Source of the DNA: Balanoglossus misakiensis | Taxonomy: Eukaryota; Animalia; Hemichordata | Direction: 5' to 3' | DNA length: 64,000 nt | Assembly (NCBI GenBank): GCA_040954595.2 | Contig: CM082585.2 | Span: 12,142,341 to 12,206,340, forward strand | Shown here: in pieces, positions 63,601 to 64,000 of the stretch | How the letters are laid out: each line of letters begins with the position of its first letter | How positions within the stretch are numbered: the stretch's first letter is position 1 | The notes under the pieces: generated by a model | Seen by the model: only the letters and a program-made list of their open reading frames with translations | Told to the model about the DNA's origin: nothing | Databases searched by the model: none | Made by a program: the position numbers and the translations under genes

Positions 63601-64000
63601 TCACCTAACATATATATCATCTTCCCTGTCAAGCAAGGGATATTCCTGTCCATGACTATCTTTAGTCACACTGTGAAAGACCACTTGTTTGCCATCTTGA
63701 TCTCCATATGGACCACTGCCCCTCTTACCACGCTTAGATTTGGGTTTGACTGCTGGCTCTGCAGGCACCTTGGCACCAGCACCAGTGTACACAAAATTTG
63801 GGCTGGGACTAACACCTGTTGAAATCACAAGACCACAATAAATATGAACAGCTTGTTGCATACAGTGTAGGTAGAATATTGGACCTTTAAAGAGGGAACT
63901 GGGGTGAAAGGGTTAAATTCACAAGACTTGACTCACTTCTCCTTCCTTCCTCTTCTTCAGCTTCCAACCTGATCTGTTCTCTCCTCACAGCCGCTTCTCT
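60602..64000 (-). CDS. ANKMY1: Ankyrin repeat and MYND domain-containing protein 1-like, 3' part (5' part lies beyond the right edge)
   Basis: Exons (64000)-63937, 63815-63605, 61318-61164, 60993-60602. The MYND finger [44 protein letters not shown] has the CGRSIGVRL signature of ANKMY1, followed by a Gly/Lys-rich tail ending ENYSFN. Ankyrin repeats are not in the window. Confidence 0.75.
63890..63916. mobile_element. Probable single terminus of a TTAA-type (piggyBac-like) MITE
   Basis: GGGGTGAAAGGGTTAA (reverse: TTAA|CCCTTTCACCCC). A degenerate similar end lies near 38883 in a PANK4 intron. No matching second terminus was found. Confidence 0.35.

Overview
This is eukaryotic, intron-rich, AT-rich DNA from an invertebrate bilaterian; a marine deuterostome is my guess and cannot be proven from the sequence. 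I traced 11 spliced protein-coding genes by hand using GT-AG sites and reading-frame continuity. In order: a class A neuropeptide-type GPCR (-, 3' end not in the window), an ABCC5/MRP5-like transporter (-), an OxlT-like MFS transporter (+), a DUF229 protein (+), an unrecognised 352-aa type I membrane protein (-), PANK4 (+), MCCC1 (-), LRRC63 (+), DNAJC19 (-), EARS2 (+) and the 3' part of ANKMY1 (-). I found no tRNA, rRNA or CRISPR array. Main observations: (1) the ABCC5-like gene lacks about 160 N-terminal codons, with a break inside an exon, while all downstream exons are intact; (2) three copies of a conserved-stem hairpin carrying CCAAT/E-box motifs lie just after the PANK4 stop; (3) PANK4 keeps the kinase residues lost in human PANK4; (4) the MCCC1 and LRRC63 start codons are only 73 bp apart; (5) the MCCC1 biotin motif reads AMKQ; (6) there is an orphan Cys-rich receptor-like gene; (7) a TTAA-flanked MITE sits in an MCCC1 intron. 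Coordinates were read by eye and may be off by a few bases. No database search was run.
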